Shown here one piece after another: positions 62,713 through 64,000 of a stretch of 64,000 nt of DNA. The DNA lies in NCBI GenBank assembly GCA_951406725.2, contig OX597823.1, positions 62,000,001 to 62,064,000 on the forward strand, given 5' to 3'. The notes below the pieces were generated by a model. That model had not been told where the DNA came from and did no database searches. It saw only the letters and a program-made list of their open reading frames with translations. The position numbers and the translations under genes were made by a program. Numbering within the stretch: position 1 is the first letter of the stretch; every line of letters begins with the position of its first letter. Source of the stretch: Octopus vulgaris. Its lineage: Eukaryota.

Positions 62713-63099
62713 GATATAATTTTTAGCTTCTTTGTCTGAAGCATTTATATTTGGAGTGAATGCTTTCTTTTTTTAAAGCATTCACTCTTTTATTGTTTAT
62801 TTTAAAACTACCCTTAAATCCTTATTTCAAAGCAACCCTAAAAACATTTATTCAATTAGATTATAAAATTTCCAAGGGTTTCTAGTCATAGTTGTGCAGT
62901 TAGAAGGTTCACTTCACAGATATGCAGTCATGTGTTTGATCACAATTTACGGCACACTGGGCCTGTGTATTCTTTTATAACCTCTACTGTACCAATACCT
63001 TGGGAGTGAAATTTGGCAGACAATGACTGTGTGGCAGCTCATTGTGTGTAGGTATGTGTATTCATGTCTGTCACTTTGTGTATCTTTAACTAATGTATA

Positions 63100-63272
63100 A
63101 GGCAACAAGCCAGTAGTATTGTTAGAATGCCAGGCAAAATGCTTAGCAATATTTCATCCATCTTTATGTTCGGAGTTCAAATTCTGCCTAGGTTGACTTT
63201 GCCTTTCATTATTTCAGGGTCAATAAAATAAGTACCAATTGAGCACTGGGATTGGTGTAATTGGCTTAACTA
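63100..63272 (+). mobile_element. SINE A following a degenerate SINE B head (62890-63060)
   Basis: GGCAAAATGCTTAGC..GGAGTTCAAATTCTGCC..GACTTTGCCTTTCAT..GGGTCAATAAAATAAGTACC. Confidence 0.85.
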
Positions 63273-64000
63273 CTCTTGGGTATGAGTTTAAAAAACTGCA
63301 TCCTTCTATCAATCCATATCTAGCCAGTGTGACAGAGTAAGCTTATAAAAGCTCAAATTCACAGCCTCCACATCAGACTGTGGTTCATGGAGTGTACATG
63401 CTGAGGCCTTTGTCTTGCAGTGGACTGAACATGGGCAATCCAATTCAGTTCAACCAATGTGTATCAGCAAAAAGTACAAATATTGGTGTGAAAACCGAAA
63501 AACTGACACCCTTTGAATGCAATCCTTTGTAATATTTGTTCTGCACTAATTTGCAGACACTCCCTTGTCACACCTGTCATCAGATAAGCAGTGAGCCAGT
63601 GATTAGCCTGTTAAAACATCTAAGAAACTTCACTATTAATATTGCAATGTTTGAAATAATTTTGGAAGTTCACCATAGATTTGTTGAGTGGGTGTAGTGT
63701 AATTTAAATGAATCTCATTCATCACCAGCAGAAATCACAAGACTACAGAGGATTGATAGGAAAAGTTAATTTCATGAGGATATAAGCTCTGGATTTACTG
63801 GGATAAAAGTAAGTATTACCAGAAATTTTAGAATGACTACAGATAAAAATCAAACGTCAGCAAATATCAAAATCTTCCAAATTCCATTAGTGAATAGAGG
63901 TCATACATAGAAGTTATTTAGGATGAGAATTATGACAAACTTATAAAGCTGCACAGATTACATAATAACTGAGGCTGACTACTAAGTTGGATTGTTAAAT

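Overview
AT-rich, repeat-dense eukaryotic DNA with no intact multi-exon gene visible; it is probably intronic or intergenic. The (TA)n/(CA)n/(AAT)n/(GAT)n microsatellites and tRNA-headed SINE families look like an octopus (cephalopod) genome, which is my inference from repeat content. Nearly all listed ORFs are microsatellite or SINE artefacts. Recognisable decayed coding remnants are a Penelope-like (PLE) GIY-YIG fragment with inverted pseudo-LTRs (13851-14612), three Dong/R4-type REL-endonuclease LINE fragments, a mariner transposon with both TIRs, and an RTE LINE fragment. hAT- and piggyBac-type MITEs are also present. The most interesting signals are: (i) asymmetric fold-back elements carrying minimal type-I hammerhead-like motifs, one with a compensatory U3-A8 core and an adjacent candidate intron; (ii) a tRNA-like Pol III cassette between the PLE stop codon and its hammerhead; (iii) a group of (TAA)n-associated LINEs and SINEs forming head-to-tail arrays; (iv) one well-formed candidate 5' exon with uORFs and a start codon. 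SINE family letters A-H are my own working labels, and repeat boundaries are approximate.
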